Shown here in pieces: positions 17,448 through 26,936 of a stretch of DNA of 33,170 nucleotides. The notes beneath the pieces are model-generated. The model worked only from the letters and a program-made list of their open reading frames with translations, was not told where the DNA came from and ran no database searches. The position numbers and the translations under genes are program-made. Origin of the DNA: Thermoproteus sp. (lineage in GTDB: Archaea > Thermoproteota > Thermoprotei > Thermoproteales > Thermoproteaceae); assembly GCA_049976425.1 (NCBI GenBank), contig JBMFIG010000017.1:1-33170 (forward strand), in the 5' to 3' direction. Within the stretch, counting starts at the first letter, position 1; each line of letters opens with the position of its first letter.

Positions 17448-18149
17448 GTGAGGCTGGCCCTAGGCTTCTATCGTTTTTTCCTGGAGCGCGGCGGCTTCCT
17501 GATATTCCTCGCCCTGGCCGCCTTCGCGTGGGCCAAGGGCCTCTACGCCCTCTCCGCCGCCGTGTTGGCCGGCCTGGTTGCGTCTTGGGTAGTCGCCTGG
17601 CGCGCCACCACGCTCAACGTGGTCTACTGCAATATAGAGGGCCAGAGGCTGACCCACATAAGCATACGGGGCGGCTCGGTCAGTCTGAGGTACGGTAACT
17701 CTGCCTTCTCGGTGAGGGGCTACGGAAACGCCCTGGCGGCGTTTGAGTGCGCGTCGCGGAAGGCCCCGGAGCTCATCGACGCCGTGTATAAATTTGTCGA
17801 GCCCAAGCTCCTCGACGCCGATCTCAGAGGCGCGTGTATATACGCCTATTTGGTCGGGCCCAATAAGGACATGGACCTATACATATGTGAGGGCGGCGTT
17901 GATATAGGGCTGTCGCTGAGGGGCGCGTGTCCGGTGATAATCGCCGCCCCGAGGATCTTGGAGGATCTGGGCGCCACCATAATCAAGAGGACCTACAGCG
18001 GGGCCATATTCGCCTCAGCGTTCTTCAGACATCCGGAGGACGCGGTGAAATTTATAACCAGCATCGCCGAGTTCTGTAAGCCGGGCAAGGCTTGTGAAGG
18101 GCTCACAGCCAAGGAGTGCCTCGCGTTGTACAGGCTCTTGTTCTCGTAG
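17448..18149 (+). CDS. Hypothetical membrane-anchored protein (two N-terminal TMs, Cys-rich soluble part)
   Basis: Hydrophobic N-terminus; long ORF filling the gap in the operon direction. Confidence 0.65.
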   Translation: MRLALGFYRFFLERGGFLIFLALAAFAWAKGLYALSAAVLAGLVASWVVAWRATTLNVVYCNIEGQRLTHISIRGGSVSLRYGNSAFSVRGYGNALAAFECASRKAPELIDAVYKFVEPKLLDADLRGACIYAYLVGPNKDMDLYICEGGVDIGLSLRGACPVIIAAPRILEDLGATIIKRTYSGAIFASAFFRHPEDAVKFITSIAEFCKPGKACEGLTAKECLALYRLLFS

Positions 18150-18185
18150 CGTAGGTGTTTAATTAGCGGGGGTGTTCGGGCCTCC

Positions 18186-18713
18186 GTGAAGTTGGCGGTA
18201 GCGGCCCACAGCACGGACTCCGAGGCGCTCATCCCCAAGATAGAGGGCTTCTTCGAGGAGCTCGCGGCCTGCGCCAGGCCCACTGTGCTGGTTGGAGGCT
18301 ATTGGGGGCTTATGAAACGCGTGGTGGACGCCGCGTTGAGGAGGGGCCTCGCCGTGGTGGCCCTCCTCCCCATAGAGAGGGAGGACGTGGAGCTTCCCGA
18401 AGGCGTCATAGGTATTAAGACGGGTTGCGAGTACAGATGCCGTAGCGTCATGTTGATCCGCTCGGCAGACGTCGTGGCGGCGTTCGGAGGGGCGGCGGGC
18501 ACCATGATCGAGGTCTTCATGGGATACGCCATGGGGAAGCCCGTGTTCGTCTTGACGAACACAGGCCTCGCCTCGGACAACTTAAGGAAGGCCTTCCCAG
18601 ACTACATAGACGAGAGGAGGACGGCCGCCGTCAGATATTTCGAAGATCCCCGCGAGATGGCGCGGGAGATCTGCAGATCGCGGGCTGGCGGGAAGGTAGT
18701 CGAGGTCGGATAG
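18186..18713 (+). CDS. LOG/SLOG-family Rossmann-fold nucleotide-binding protein (TIGR00725-like)
   Basis: GGYWGLM, LP, R...IRSAD and GGAAGTMIE..KPV. Confidence 0.85.
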   Translation: MKLAVAAHSTDSEALIPKIEGFFEELAACARPTVLVGGYWGLMKRVVDAALRRGLAVVALLPIEREDVELPEGVIGIKTGCEYRCRSVMLIRSADVVAAFGGAAGTMIEVFMGYAMGKPVFVLTNTGLASDNLRKAFPDYIDERRTAAVRYFEDPREMAREICRSRAGGKVVEVG

Positions 18714-18807
18714 CCGCCGCGCGGGCCGCCTCCAGGTTCTAGCCAGCTCCGGCCGACGGACGCGCTGGCAACGGCGACTATACTAGCCGCCGTGCGCCCT
18801 CTGCCCG

Positions 18808-19338
18808 CTACGACCTCGCCAGATAAATTATGTGGGGGGCCTCGGGCAGTATAATGCCGAGGCCTGTCTCGACGGCGTTTGGCGACCCTGGCAGGACGAC
18901 CACGAGCTTGCCGTTGGAGACGCCGGCGAGCGCTCTGGACATAATGGCCGCCGTGCCCACCTCCTGGTAGCTCCTCAGCCTGAAGACGTCGCCGAAGCCC
19001 TCCAGCTCCTTCTCGAGGAGCGGCCTAACGGCCTCGACGGTTACGTCCGTGCGCGCCACGCCGGTGCCCCCCGTGAACACGATTACGTCTACGTCGGGCC
19101 TCCGCAATAGATCCATGAGGATCCCCCTTATCATCACCACGTCGTCTTTGACCAGCGATCTGCCGACCACCTTGTAGCCCGCTTGCGAGATCAAGGCGAC
19201 GGCCCTATCGCCGGACTCGTCCGTGTAGCTCTTGCCGGAGGCCATGGCCTCGTAGCGCGAGGTGCTCACCGTGACGACCCAGAAGGATAGCTCCCTCGGG
19301 CCGCGCGATCTGTGCTCCTCGTGGGGCTTCACGACCAA
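18808..19338 (-). CDS. moaB: Molybdenum cofactor biosynthesis protein B (MogA/MoaB)
   Basis: TVSTSR, DESG, DD, TGGTG..DVT.EA, GFG..FR and LPGSP. Confidence 0.93.
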   Translation of the reverse strand: MVVKPHEEHRSRGPRELSFWVVTVSTSRYEAMASGKSYTDESGDRAVALISQAGYKVVGRSLVKDDVVMIRGILMDLLRRPDVDVIVFTGGTGVARTDVTVEAVRPLLEKELEGFGDVFRLRSYQEVGTAAIMSRALAGVSNGKLVVVLPGSPNAVETGLGIILPEAPHIIYLARS

Positions 19339-19407
19339 CTACACATGGAGCTTTTTAAGGGCTCCCTCGACCTGGACAACACGCCGGCCCCAACTCGCCA
19401 GCGGCAT

Positions 19408-20265
19408 CTATATCTCCACCACCGGACTTCTACGCGTTATCATGTCTATGTACACCTCGGCCGCGTTGGTCAAGTAGTCGACCACCCTATCGGCGTGTAG
19501 CATGGTTATCTCGTCCCTCGCCAGTTGCCTCAGGAGGAAGCGGACCTTGTCGGTGGTCTCTATGAACGCGAAGACAGACCTCACATCGTCGACGGACGAC
19601 GTCTTGACGAACTCGGCCACGGCGCCTCTCAAGGCCTCCACGAGCTCCCTAGGCGGCTCCAGCCTCGCCAGCTCGACTATGTGGTCGGCGGCCCTCTCGA
19701 CGTATCTGGCCAGCTGGACGTGGCTGGCGCAGAGCCCCGTGGGGTATTTATGGCACAGCCTCTCTATCATGTGCCTATATCTGTCCACCTCGTCGTCGAC
19801 GCTTTCGAGCAACGAGGGGTCGACCTTCGGGGCGGTTATCAGGTGGTCTATCATGAAGGCGAGGGTGGAGATCATCCTCGATATCAGCTTCTCCCTATCG
19901 AACTTGACGTCCTCCACTCTGAAGACTATGTAGTCGGGCCCCTCCTCCATGGGGAGCATGTAGAGCCCCCTCGCCACCGACATTATCCTGTGCCTGAGCC
20001 CGAGATCCAGCCCCTTGACCTCCAGCCTGACCTCGTCGTAGCCCGACACCAACGCGGCCATGAGTAGCTTGACCACCACGTCGATGTTGGGGCTAGACAC
20101 CCTCGCCGTGAAGCTCCTCGGCTTCGCCGGCTTGACCACCACCACGTCCTCCTCCCACATGACGTTGACCTCGCTCCTCTCGCCGACGGAGTTCTTCTCG
20201 CACCAGGCCTTGGGCAGGAAGACCGCGTAGGATTCCCTTATCCTAAAGATACGGCGAGTCTCCAT
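19408..20265 (-). CDS. AbrB-PhoU phosphate-uptake regulator family protein
   Basis: ETRRI..SYAVFLPKAW AbrB-like N-terminus; DDEVDR and ERAADH PhoU motifs. Confidence 0.85.
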   Translation of the reverse strand: METRRIFRIRESYAVFLPKAWCEKNSVGERSEVNVMWEEDVVVVKPAKPRSFTARVSSPNIDVVVKLLMAALVSGYDEVRLEVKGLDLGLRHRIMSVARGLYMLPMEEGPDYIVFRVEDVKFDREKLISRMISTLAFMIDHLITAPKVDPSLLESVDDEVDRYRHMIERLCHKYPTGLCASHVQLARYVERAADHIVELARLEPPRELVEALRGAVAEFVKTSSVDDVRSVFAFIETTDKVRFLLRQLARDEITMLHADRVVDYLTNAAEVYIDMITRRSPVVEI

Positions 20266-20295
20266 GTACTTGTTTAAGCTAGATAAATTTTGCTA

Positions 20296-20694
20296 TTATG
20301 GGCTACCCTTCTGGGCCGCCTTCGAGAACTCGGTGAGCGCGTTGATGAGCATTCTGAGCATCAAGTGGGTCCGCTCGATGCTCTTCTCCATAGCCGCCAC
20401 GACCTCGAGCTCCAGTTGGGTCTTGGCAGAGGCGCGCAACGACTTCATGAGGGCCATATGGGCCTCGTAGCGCTCGCACATCTCGTTGAGGCGGGACACC
20501 ACCTCGTCAACGTCCAGCTTCTCTCCATCGTGGGGGAGATCGGGGATGTCGAGCGCCTCGAGCAGCCTAACCCTTAGGTGGATCTCCCTGATAATTCCGT
20601 CGAGGAACGCGGCCATGTACTCGTCCTCCACGGCGCCTCTAAGCTTCAGCAATTCGGTGAGGTGCCCGAGCTCGCCCGCCAACAGCCTCTCCAT
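20296..20694 (-). CDS. Hypothetical all-helical protein
   Basis: Host-like codon usage and an upstream AT-rich promoter (AAATATTTAT). Confidence 0.7.
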   Translation of the reverse strand: MERLLAGELGHLTELLKLRGAVEDEYMAAFLDGIIREIHLRVRLLEALDIPDLPHDGEKLDVDEVVSRLNEMCERYEAHMALMKSLRASAKTQLELEVVAAMEKSIERTHLMLRMLINALTEFSKAAQKGSP

Positions 20695-20787
20695 GCCGTA
20701 CGCGATTCCCCGAGATAAATATTTGGCCTACGCCGTATTCTCATTAAATATAATTATGGAAACGCATAAAAAGAAAAGGCTATAGAT

Positions 20788-21222
20788 ATGATCATGTCGG
20801 TGGCGCAGTTCGCCTCGACCGACGTCGTCAAGGCGACGCCCGATATAACCATAAAGGATGCGGCTAAGATCCTCAGAGAGCATAACATAGGCCTCCTGGT
20901 GCTGGTCGACAGAGAGGACCAGTCCAAGGTCGTTGGCGTCGTCTCCGAGCGCGACATTGTGAGGGCGGTGGCGGAGGGCATAGATCCCTCGAGGCCTGCA
21001 TTGGACATAGCGACGAGGTCCGTGATCTCTGTCGAGGCCGACGACCCGTTGAATAAAGCCGCCGAGCTCATGAGGAGGCACAACATACGCCACGTGGTGG
21101 TCCTGAAGGACGGCAAGCTCTACGGCGTGCTCTCGATAAGGGACCTCGTCTATGAGGACCACGCGTTGAGGGTCATAGCGGGCTACGAGGAGTGGACCTT
21201 CGAGAAGGGGATGAGCGCTTGA
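20788..21222 (+). CDS. CBS-domain protein
   Basis: Two CBS repeats (GVVSERD; NIRHVVV..GVLSIRD). Confidence 0.92.
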   Translation: MIMSVAQFASTDVVKATPDITIKDAAKILREHNIGLLVLVDREDQSKVVGVVSERDIVRAVAEGIDPSRPALDIATRSVISVEADDPLNKAAELMRRHNIRHVVVLKDGKLYGVLSIRDLVYEDHALRVIAGYEEWTFEKGMSA

Positions 21223-22176
21223 TCACCTCCTCAGAAGGGCCGCGACGAGCCTCGCGGCGGCTCCCGGCCTCTTCGCGAGGGCGAGGAACAGCCCACGCGC
21301 CGAGAGCTCCTCCTCTATGTAGTCGCGGAGGAGAGCGTCGTCGGCCAGAAGAGAGATAGACCCTCCTCTGGCCGCCAGCCTTGCCGCAAGCGACAGGAGC
21401 CTCTTCTGGAGCTCTATCTGATCGACGATACGCTTCACCCTCCTCCTATATTCATCCAGAGGCCTCCGCGTCCTAAGCGCCTCGGCCAAGGCCAGCGCCG
21501 AGAGCACGCCGGGCCTAATCCCCTCGCCCGTCAACGGGTAGACCAAGCCGGCGGCCTCGCCGATTTTGTAGGACCCCTCGACGCCTAGGTCTATCTGCGG
21601 CATAACGGTCAGAGGGGCCCCCCTCAACAGCCTTATCCTGCCGCCTAGCCGCGCGGCGAACTCCTTCACCAGAGGCGTGGGGTCGCGGACTCCGAGGAAG
21701 CCCCCTCCGACGTTGTAGACCCCGCCGTGGGGGAAGATCCAGAAGAACCCAGTCAGGCCGGGGGGATATATGAAGTCGGCCGTCTCGTCCTCCCCCCTCA
21801 TCCCCTCCACGTAGGCCATCGCCACTATCAGCTTCTCGCCCCTGCTGGCATACGGCCCCCTGGCGTCGACAGCCACGCCGTCCTCCAACCCCTCCGCCTC
21901 TATGGCAGACCGCAACGACTCGACCCAAGCCGCCTTGTCTAAGATGTACCACCTCGGCTTGCTGTAGGAGACCTCGCCTATTAGCCTATCCCCCGAGAAG
22001 AACCTGTACCTCCTGACCCTATCCACTACGTACTCCCTCCCGACCATCGGGGTCTCCACGGGGACGGCCTCCCCGCAGGCCTTGAAGTAGTGCCCGCTTC
22101 TCTCCACGACAGCGGCCTTCCCCAAGGCGGCGCCGAGAGCGGCTCCCGACGGGCCCAGCCCGAGTATCTTGACCAC
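21223..22176 (-). CDS. Geranylgeranyl-reductase-family FAD oxidoreductase (likely start GTG 22176)
   Basis: GLGPSG, KACG, DARG, FWIFP..NVG and GEAAGLV.PLTGEGI. Confidence 0.85.
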   Translation of the reverse strand: MVKILGLGPSGAALGAALGKAAVVERSGHYFKACGEAVPVETPMVGREYVVDRVRRYRFFSGDRLIGEVSYSKPRWYILDKAAWVESLRSAIEAEGLEDGVAVDARGPYASRGEKLIVAMAYVEGMRGEDETADFIYPPGLTGFFWIFPHGGVYNVGGGFLGVRDPTPLVKEFAARLGGRIRLLRGAPLTVMPQIDLGVEGSYKIGEAAGLVYPLTGEGIRPGVLSALALAEALRTRRPLDEYRRRVKRIVDQIELQKRLLSLAARLAARGGSISLLADDALLRDYIEEELSARGLFLALAKRPGAAARLVAALLRR

Positions 22177-22271
22177 GTAGGCCTCAGCCCGGCCGTATAT
22201 ATAGTTGCCCAAAGGCGCCGCCCGCGCGTCAGGCGGAGAGAAGAGATAAATACAACGGCATCTATAGATCT

Positions 22272-22697
22272 ATGTTCAAACGCATCCTCGTCGCCTACGA
22301 CGGCTCCCAACACGCGAGGAGGGCCCTCGAGGTGGCTATAGACCTCGCCAAGAAGTACGGGGCTAAGATATACGTGGCGGAGGTCGTCGACACGGCGACT
22401 ATACTGGGGCTCTCCATGGGCCCCGTGCCCCCCGACATCATAGACTCCATGAGGGAGAAGGCCAAGGCGGATCTGGCCGATGCCAAGGCCAAGGCGGAGG
22501 CGGAGGGAGTCCAGGCGGAGACGGCGATGCTCGAGGGCGATCCCGCGACGGCCATAGTCGAATACGCGGACAAGATAGGGGCGGATCTCATAGTGACCGG
22601 CAGCAGGGGCCTCTCCAGCATAAAGCGGGTGTTCCTCGGTAGCGTCTCCACGGGCGTGGTGACCCACGCTAAGAAGCCGGTGCTGGTCGTCAAGTGA
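22272..22697 (+). CDS. uspA: Universal stress protein A family
   Basis: ILVAYDGS, GDPA..I, GSRG..LGSVS and PVLVVK. Confidence 0.93.
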   Translation: MFKRILVAYDGSQHARRALEVAIDLAKKYGAKIYVAEVVDTATILGLSMGPVPPDIIDSMREKAKADLADAKAKAEAEGVQAETAMLEGDPATAIVEYADKIGADLIVTGSRGLSSIKRVFLGSVSTGVVTHAKKPVLVVK

Positions 22698-22700
22698 CCG

Positions 22701-22748
22701 GTGATGAGGAACCGGGCTCCAAGCGGTGAGGAGTTGATAGGCCGCTGA
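22701..22748 (+). ncRNA. Box C/D sRNA directly downstream of uspA
   Basis: C box GTGATGA 22701-22707, 11-nt guide, D'-like CCAA 22719-22722, C' GTGAGGA 22726-22732, 12-nt guide, D CTGA 22745-22748. Confidence 0.8.
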
Positions 22749-22778
22749 ACCCATATAAAGCTTTTCCCACCACGCCAC

Positions 22779-23366
22779 GTGTACGTCTTCGACCTCGACG
22801 GGACTCTGGTGGACTCCGTCGACGCCCACGTCAGGGCTTGGATAGACGCGCTCGCCGCCCTAGGGGTCAAGGCCAGCGAGGAGGAGGTGAGGCCTCTCAT
22901 GGGGCTCCCCGCGGCGGAGATAGCGAGGAGGCTCGCGCCGGGCAGGGCGCGGGAGCTCGCCGAGCTGAAGATCAAGTACTTCCTGGAGCGGCATATAGAC
23001 GAGGTGGTGCCCTACCCGGACGTCGACGTACTGCCGGCGCTCCCCCGCCCCATAGCGGTGGTGACATCGTCCAGCGGCGTGCTCGCGAGGGCGGTTCTGA
23101 GGAGGGCCGGCATCGCCGTGGATTACGTCTTAGGCGGCGACGAGGTGGAGCGGGGGAAGCCGCACCCCGACCCCCTCATAGCTGTGTCCCGCGTCTTCGG
23201 AGTGCCGACGAGCTCCATGGTGGTCGTAGGGGACAGCGTCTACGACGTGGAGATGGCGCTCGCGGCCGGCGCGCGCCCTATATGTATAGCCAGATCGTCT
23301 CCTCCGTGCAGGCCGGACGTCCGCGTCATCAAGAGCTTGAGGGAGCTCTTGAACTCCCGGCGCTGA
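22779..23366 (+). CDS. HAD-family hydrolase (subfamily IA)
   Basis: DLDGTLVDS, VTSS, KPHP and GDSVYD. Confidence 0.92.
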   Translation: MYVFDLDGTLVDSVDAHVRAWIDALAALGVKASEEEVRPLMGLPAAEIARRLAPGRARELAELKIKYFLERHIDEVVPYPDVDVLPALPRPIAVVTSSSGVLARAVLRRAGIAVDYVLGGDEVERGKPHPDPLIAVSRVFGVPTSSMVVVGDSVYDVEMALAAGARPICIARSSPPCRPDVRVIKSLRELLNSRR

Positions 23367-23408
23367 GGAGGACCCGGCACCGGTCCTACGTCGATCGGAT
23401 GTTCAGCT

Positions 23409-23804
23409 TCACTGCTGGCGTTCGGCTATCCAGCCTAGCTGCGTCTTGACCATGCCCTGCGTCCTCCTCGCGGCGAGCTCCTTCAGCGTCTGGAAGAGCT
23501 GCGCGTCGCCGCATATGAGGCGCCCTTCGTAGAAGGCGTCTACGAAGATCGTGTTGAAGCGCGCGATCTCCCCCGCTGCCGCCTGGGGAGTCGCGTAGTG
23601 TACCTGCGCCAGATCGTTGGGAGGCTCCCCGGGCGGGGCGTCTCCGAGGACCGCGAGATCCCAATCGCTGTCTATTCTGGCGCCTCCTCTGGCCCGGGAG
23701 CCGAAGAGGACCACCGTGTACCCCCTCGCACATAGGCTCTTGATCCACTCCTCTATCTCGGCGTGGGATTCAAGCAGTATCCTTCTGAACACTATTCCAG
23801 ACAA
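23409..23804 (-). CDS. Minimal nucleotidyltransferase (MNT); start TTG 23804 or GTG 23792
   Basis: LFGSRARG...SDWD (GS-x10-DxD). Confidence 0.88.
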   Translation of the reverse strand: MSGIVFRRILLESHAEIEEWIKSLCARGYTVVLFGSRARGGARIDSDWDLAVLGDAPPGEPPNDLAQVHYATPQAAAGEIARFNTIFVDAFYEGRLICGDAQLFQTLKELAARRTQGMVKTQLGWIAERQQ

Positions 23805-24144
23805 CTTCTAGACATTTTATACATTCCTCTGCATCTTCCCGATCGTGCTCCAGCATCCTCGCGTCGGGGTACCTACTGCCTACGTACTGCTCCGTGAGGT
23901 ACTTCGCGCATCTGACGACCTCGGCATCTAGGCCGCGCCCCAGCGACTCGTAGAGGAGCTTGACGAGGTGGTACACGGAGTGGGTATAGGGCCGCGAGCC
24001 GATCGCCTCGATCAGCCTCCCCTTCAGCAGAAACTCGGCCGCCTGCTGGGCAAATAGGCAAGCCTCCGGGTAGTAGCCTCTCTGGAGGAACTCGACGGCG
24101 AGGGCTCTGTAGCGCTCCGCCCTGGAGAGCCAGCGGTCGGCCAC
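23770..24144 (-). CDS. HEPN-domain protein (COG2250-like; likely start GTG 24144)
   Basis: W..RA, ACLFAQQAAE..LK, THS and Y..SRYPD; overlaps the MNT gene. Confidence 0.88.
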   Translation of the reverse strand: MADRWLSRAERYRALAVEFLQRGYYPEACLFAQQAAEFLLKGRLIEAIGSRPYTHSVYHLVKLLYESLGRGLDAEVVRCAKYLTEQYVGSRYPDARMLEHDREDAEECIKCLEVVWNSVQKDTA

Positions 24145-24230
24145 ACAGAAGCGGCGCCTTGAATATAAAAAGCTCTGCCGGAACGGCGCCCCGCCCGGCA
24201 TCGGGAATATTTTTAGTGGAGGGTTATTCT

Positions 24231-25016
24231 ATGGAGCTCGTCCGTAGGTATATACAGGGCAACCACCTGATCACGACGTACGTCCTCGACGTGGGAGGGG
24301 TCAAAGTCGCCGTGGATCCCGGGCCGCCGAACTCCTTCACGCCGGTCGACGCCGACTATATAATCTGTACGCATATCCACAACGACCACTGCGGCGCCGC
24401 CGGCCACGCAGGCAAGCCGGTCTACGTACACGAGAGGTACGTGGGGCACGTGGCCAACCCGGCCCGCCTCTGGCAGGCGACCAGGGAGACCCTCGGCCCA
24501 ATTGCCGACCTCTTCGGCGAGCCGAAGGGGGCGGCCGACGTGAGGCCTTTGAGGGACGGGGAGAGGCTGTTCGACGCCATAGACGTGTACTTCACGCCGG
24601 GCCACGCGCCGCACCACGTCATGTTCTACTACAGAGACGGCGGCGTCTTGTTCACGGGCGACGGCGCCGGCGTCTACGTGCCGGAGATAGGGGCCGTGTT
24701 CCCCACGACCCCTCCGCCGTTTAGGTTCGACCTATACGTGGAGTCGCTTAGGAAGGTCGCCTCGATAGGCGCCAAGATGCTCTGCTTCCCCCACTTCGCC
24801 TGCACCGAGGACGTCGATCTCTTGAGGAGGCACTTGGAGCAGATAAAGGCGTGGCGCGAGGCCGCGCTGGCGGTCAAGGGCAGAGGCGGAGGGCCCGAGG
24901 AGCTTGCGGCCGAGCTGAGGAGGACGGACGAGGCGGCGGCCAAGATAGCTGAGAAGGGCGGCCTCCTCTACAGCTTCTTCCTCTGGCAGACCTTGCTGGG
25001 CCTGCTACAGAGCTGA
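24231..25016 (+). CDS. MBL-fold metallo-hydrolase (start ATG 24231)
   Basis: DPG, THIHNDH, TPGHAPHH, FTGD and PHF. Confidence 0.9.
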   Translation: MELVRRYIQGNHLITTYVLDVGGVKVAVDPGPPNSFTPVDADYIICTHIHNDHCGAAGHAGKPVYVHERYVGHVANPARLWQATRETLGPIADLFGEPKGAADVRPLRDGERLFDAIDVYFTPGHAPHHVMFYYRDGGVLFTGDGAGVYVPEIGAVFPTTPPPFRFDLYVESLRKVASIGAKMLCFPHFACTEDVDLLRRHLEQIKAWREAALAVKGRGGGPEELAAELRRTDEAAAKIAEKGGLLYSFFLWQTLLGLLQS

Positions 25017-26270
25017 TTAACTCCGTCGGCCGGCCGAGAGCTCGTAGGCCAGGGCGATCCCCAACAGCTTCTCGTCGTCGGAGGAGGCTAGCTGTAGCCC
25101 CACGGGCAGGCCGGAGGACGGCGCCGGGACAGACACAGCGGGGAGGCCCGTCAGGTTGAAGAGCTCGGTGAAGGCCAACAGCTTCGGCCTAACCGCTATG
25201 GAGTCGGCCTCCTCTATCCTCGGCGCGGCGATCGCGGTAGTGGGAGTCGCCAGGGCGTCGTACCTCTTGAGGAGCGAGGCGAAGTAGGCCTTGGCCTCCC
25301 TCTGCACCTCAAGCGCCTTTATGTAGGCTACCGCCGGGAGGGCCGCCCCGACGCGTAGGAGGGACGCCACGTCGCGCCCCATGGACTGGCCGTAGGACTT
25401 GAGGTAGCCCCAGTTGACCGCGGCCGCCTCTGCGAGGAGTATGGCGGCTCTTGCGTAGGAGAAGCGCCTGGCGTCCACGTCCACCTCGAACCGCTCGCCC
25501 CCCGCCTCCTCCAGTATAGAGACGGCGCGCCAGAAGGCCTTATCCACGTAGTCGTCGGCCTCGGCCACGCCCCTCAACACAGCGAAGCGGAAGCGGGCAA
25601 GGGGCTCCGCCTTGACGCCCCTCAACACCTCCATGAGGTACGCCACGTCCGAGACCGTCTTGGCGAGGAGGCCTACGTGGTCGAGGGTAGGCGCGAGCGG
25701 TCTGACGCCGTCGGTAGGCAGGGAGCCGTAGGCCGGTTTGTAGCCCACGACCCCGCACAACGCCGCCGGGATCCTCACGGAACCTCCCGTGTCGGTCCCG
25801 AGAGCTATGTGGGCTATGTCGGCCGCCACGGCGCCTGCGGATCCCCCCGAGGAGCCGCCGGTGATCCTGGAGGGGTCGTGTGGATTCCTCGTGGGGCCGA
25901 AGTGGGGATTTAAGTTGGTGGCGCCCAGCGCCAGCTCGTGCATGTTGGTCTTGCCGAGCACCAAGGCCCCCTCGGCCTCCAACATCCTCACCACGGCGGC
26001 CGTCCTATCGGGCACCGACTTGGCGTAGGGCGCCCCGTTCGTCGTGGGGAGCCCCGCCACGTCGATATTGTCCTTCACCGCCAGCACCAGACCGAAGAGG
26101 CGGCCCCCGCGCCTAAGCCCCGCGAGGTGCTCCGCCTTCTCGGGAAGCGCCTTGTCGAGCGCCAGGAAGTAGTTGTTGCGGTCGGACTCGGCCTTCTTGA
26201 GGGCCTCCTCGGCGTCTTTCCTCGCCGATGTGGGATCCGCCAGATTCCTCTCCACGATCTCCCTTATCAT
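25017..26270 (-). CDS. Amidase-signature family enzyme (GatA/AtzE-like)
   Basis: KDN, GKTNMHE, GGSSGGS and GTDTGGSVRIPA (Ser-cisSer-Lys triad). Confidence 0.92.
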   Translation of the reverse strand: MIREIVERNLADPTSARKDAEEALKKAESDRNNYFLALDKALPEKAEHLAGLRRGGRLFGLVLAVKDNIDVAGLPTTNGAPYAKSVPDRTAAVVRMLEAEGALVLGKTNMHELALGATNLNPHFGPTRNPHDPSRITGGSSGGSAGAVAADIAHIALGTDTGGSVRIPAALCGVVGYKPAYGSLPTDGVRPLAPTLDHVGLLAKTVSDVAYLMEVLRGVKAEPLARFRFAVLRGVAEADDYVDKAFWRAVSILEEAGGERFEVDVDARRFSYARAAILLAEAAAVNWGYLKSYGQSMGRDVASLLRVGAALPAVAYIKALEVQREAKAYFASLLKRYDALATPTTAIAAPRIEEADSIAVRPKLLAFTELFNLTGLPAVSVPAPSSGLPVGLQLASSDDEKLLGIALAYELSAGRRS

Positions 26271-26371
26271 AACAAGCCGAGGCCTCTAAGGATCGACTCA
26301 ACTTGTCTCTCCACCTCCTCTGTCGCCTCGCCCAGCCCCAGCTCCCTCACTATTTCCTTGACGTACCTCAT
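26267..26371 (-). CDS. Uncalled 34-aa helical protein coupled to the amidase (possible GatC/AtzG-like partner)
   Basis: MRYVKEIVRELGLGEATEEVERQVESILRGLGLL*; its TGA overlaps the amidase ATG (ATGA); host-like codons. Confidence 0.6.
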   Translation of the reverse strand: MRYVKEIVRELGLGEATEEVERQVESILRGLGLL

Positions 26372-26936
26372 ACAGTTGGCGGCATGTGGAGGCGTAAAAA
26401 AGCTTTTCCGCTATCCAGTTGGCCTGGTTCGATATGTAGTCCACCTTCTTCCTGAGCTCGAAGTCGCGCGGCTCGAGGCCCAACATGTCCAGGTACAGCC
26501 TCTCCACCGCCGCGCGTAGGGACTCAGCCGCCTTCAGATCCTTCCTCACGAGCTCCTCGTTGGCCTTCCTCCCCAGCTCCCCCGCCACGTCGGCGACGCC
26601 CATTAGATACGTCATGACGTCCACGCCGACCTCCTCGCGGCTCGGGAGCCTGCCCTCCTTGAGGAACACCCAGAGGGAGTACGCCTCGACGTACTCCTGC
26701 AGGCCTTGGGCCCCGTTGTTGTAGAACATGGGGTACCTCGATATCAGATCTCTCAACTCCGCCGCGGCGGCCGACATCTCCTTCAGATGCCTCTCGGCGG
26801 CCCCGACGTCGCCTCTAATGAGCGAGTAGATCACCGATTTGCTGAGCCTGGTGACTCTTATAGAGGTCTGTATAACCCTCTCCCTAACCTCTTCGTACTC
26901 CCTCAGCTCCTTATATAGTCTTTCCACGTCGAGCAC
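26298..26936 (-). CDS. Translin/Trax (C3PO) family protein (likely start GTG 26936)
   Basis: RE..I..S..ITR-like segment, QEYVEA, YLMGVADVAGELGR and LRKKVD. TATA TTTTATATA about 20 bp upstream. Confidence 0.88.
   Translation of the reverse strand: MLDVERLYKELREYEEVRERVIQTSIRVTRLSKSVIYSLIRGDVGAAERHLKEMSAAAAELRDLISRYPMFYNNGAQGLQEYVEAYSLWVFLKEGRLPSREEVGVDVMTYLMGVADVAGELGRKANEELVRKDLKAAESLRAAVERLYLDMLGLEPRDFELRKKVDYISNQANWIAEKLFYASTCRQLYEVRQGNSEGAGAGRGDRGGGETS

Noticed and set aside
25017-26270. Calling the amidase gatA
   Set aside because: Short, no gatB nearby, and HELALG instead of the DEFAMG motif typical of GatA.
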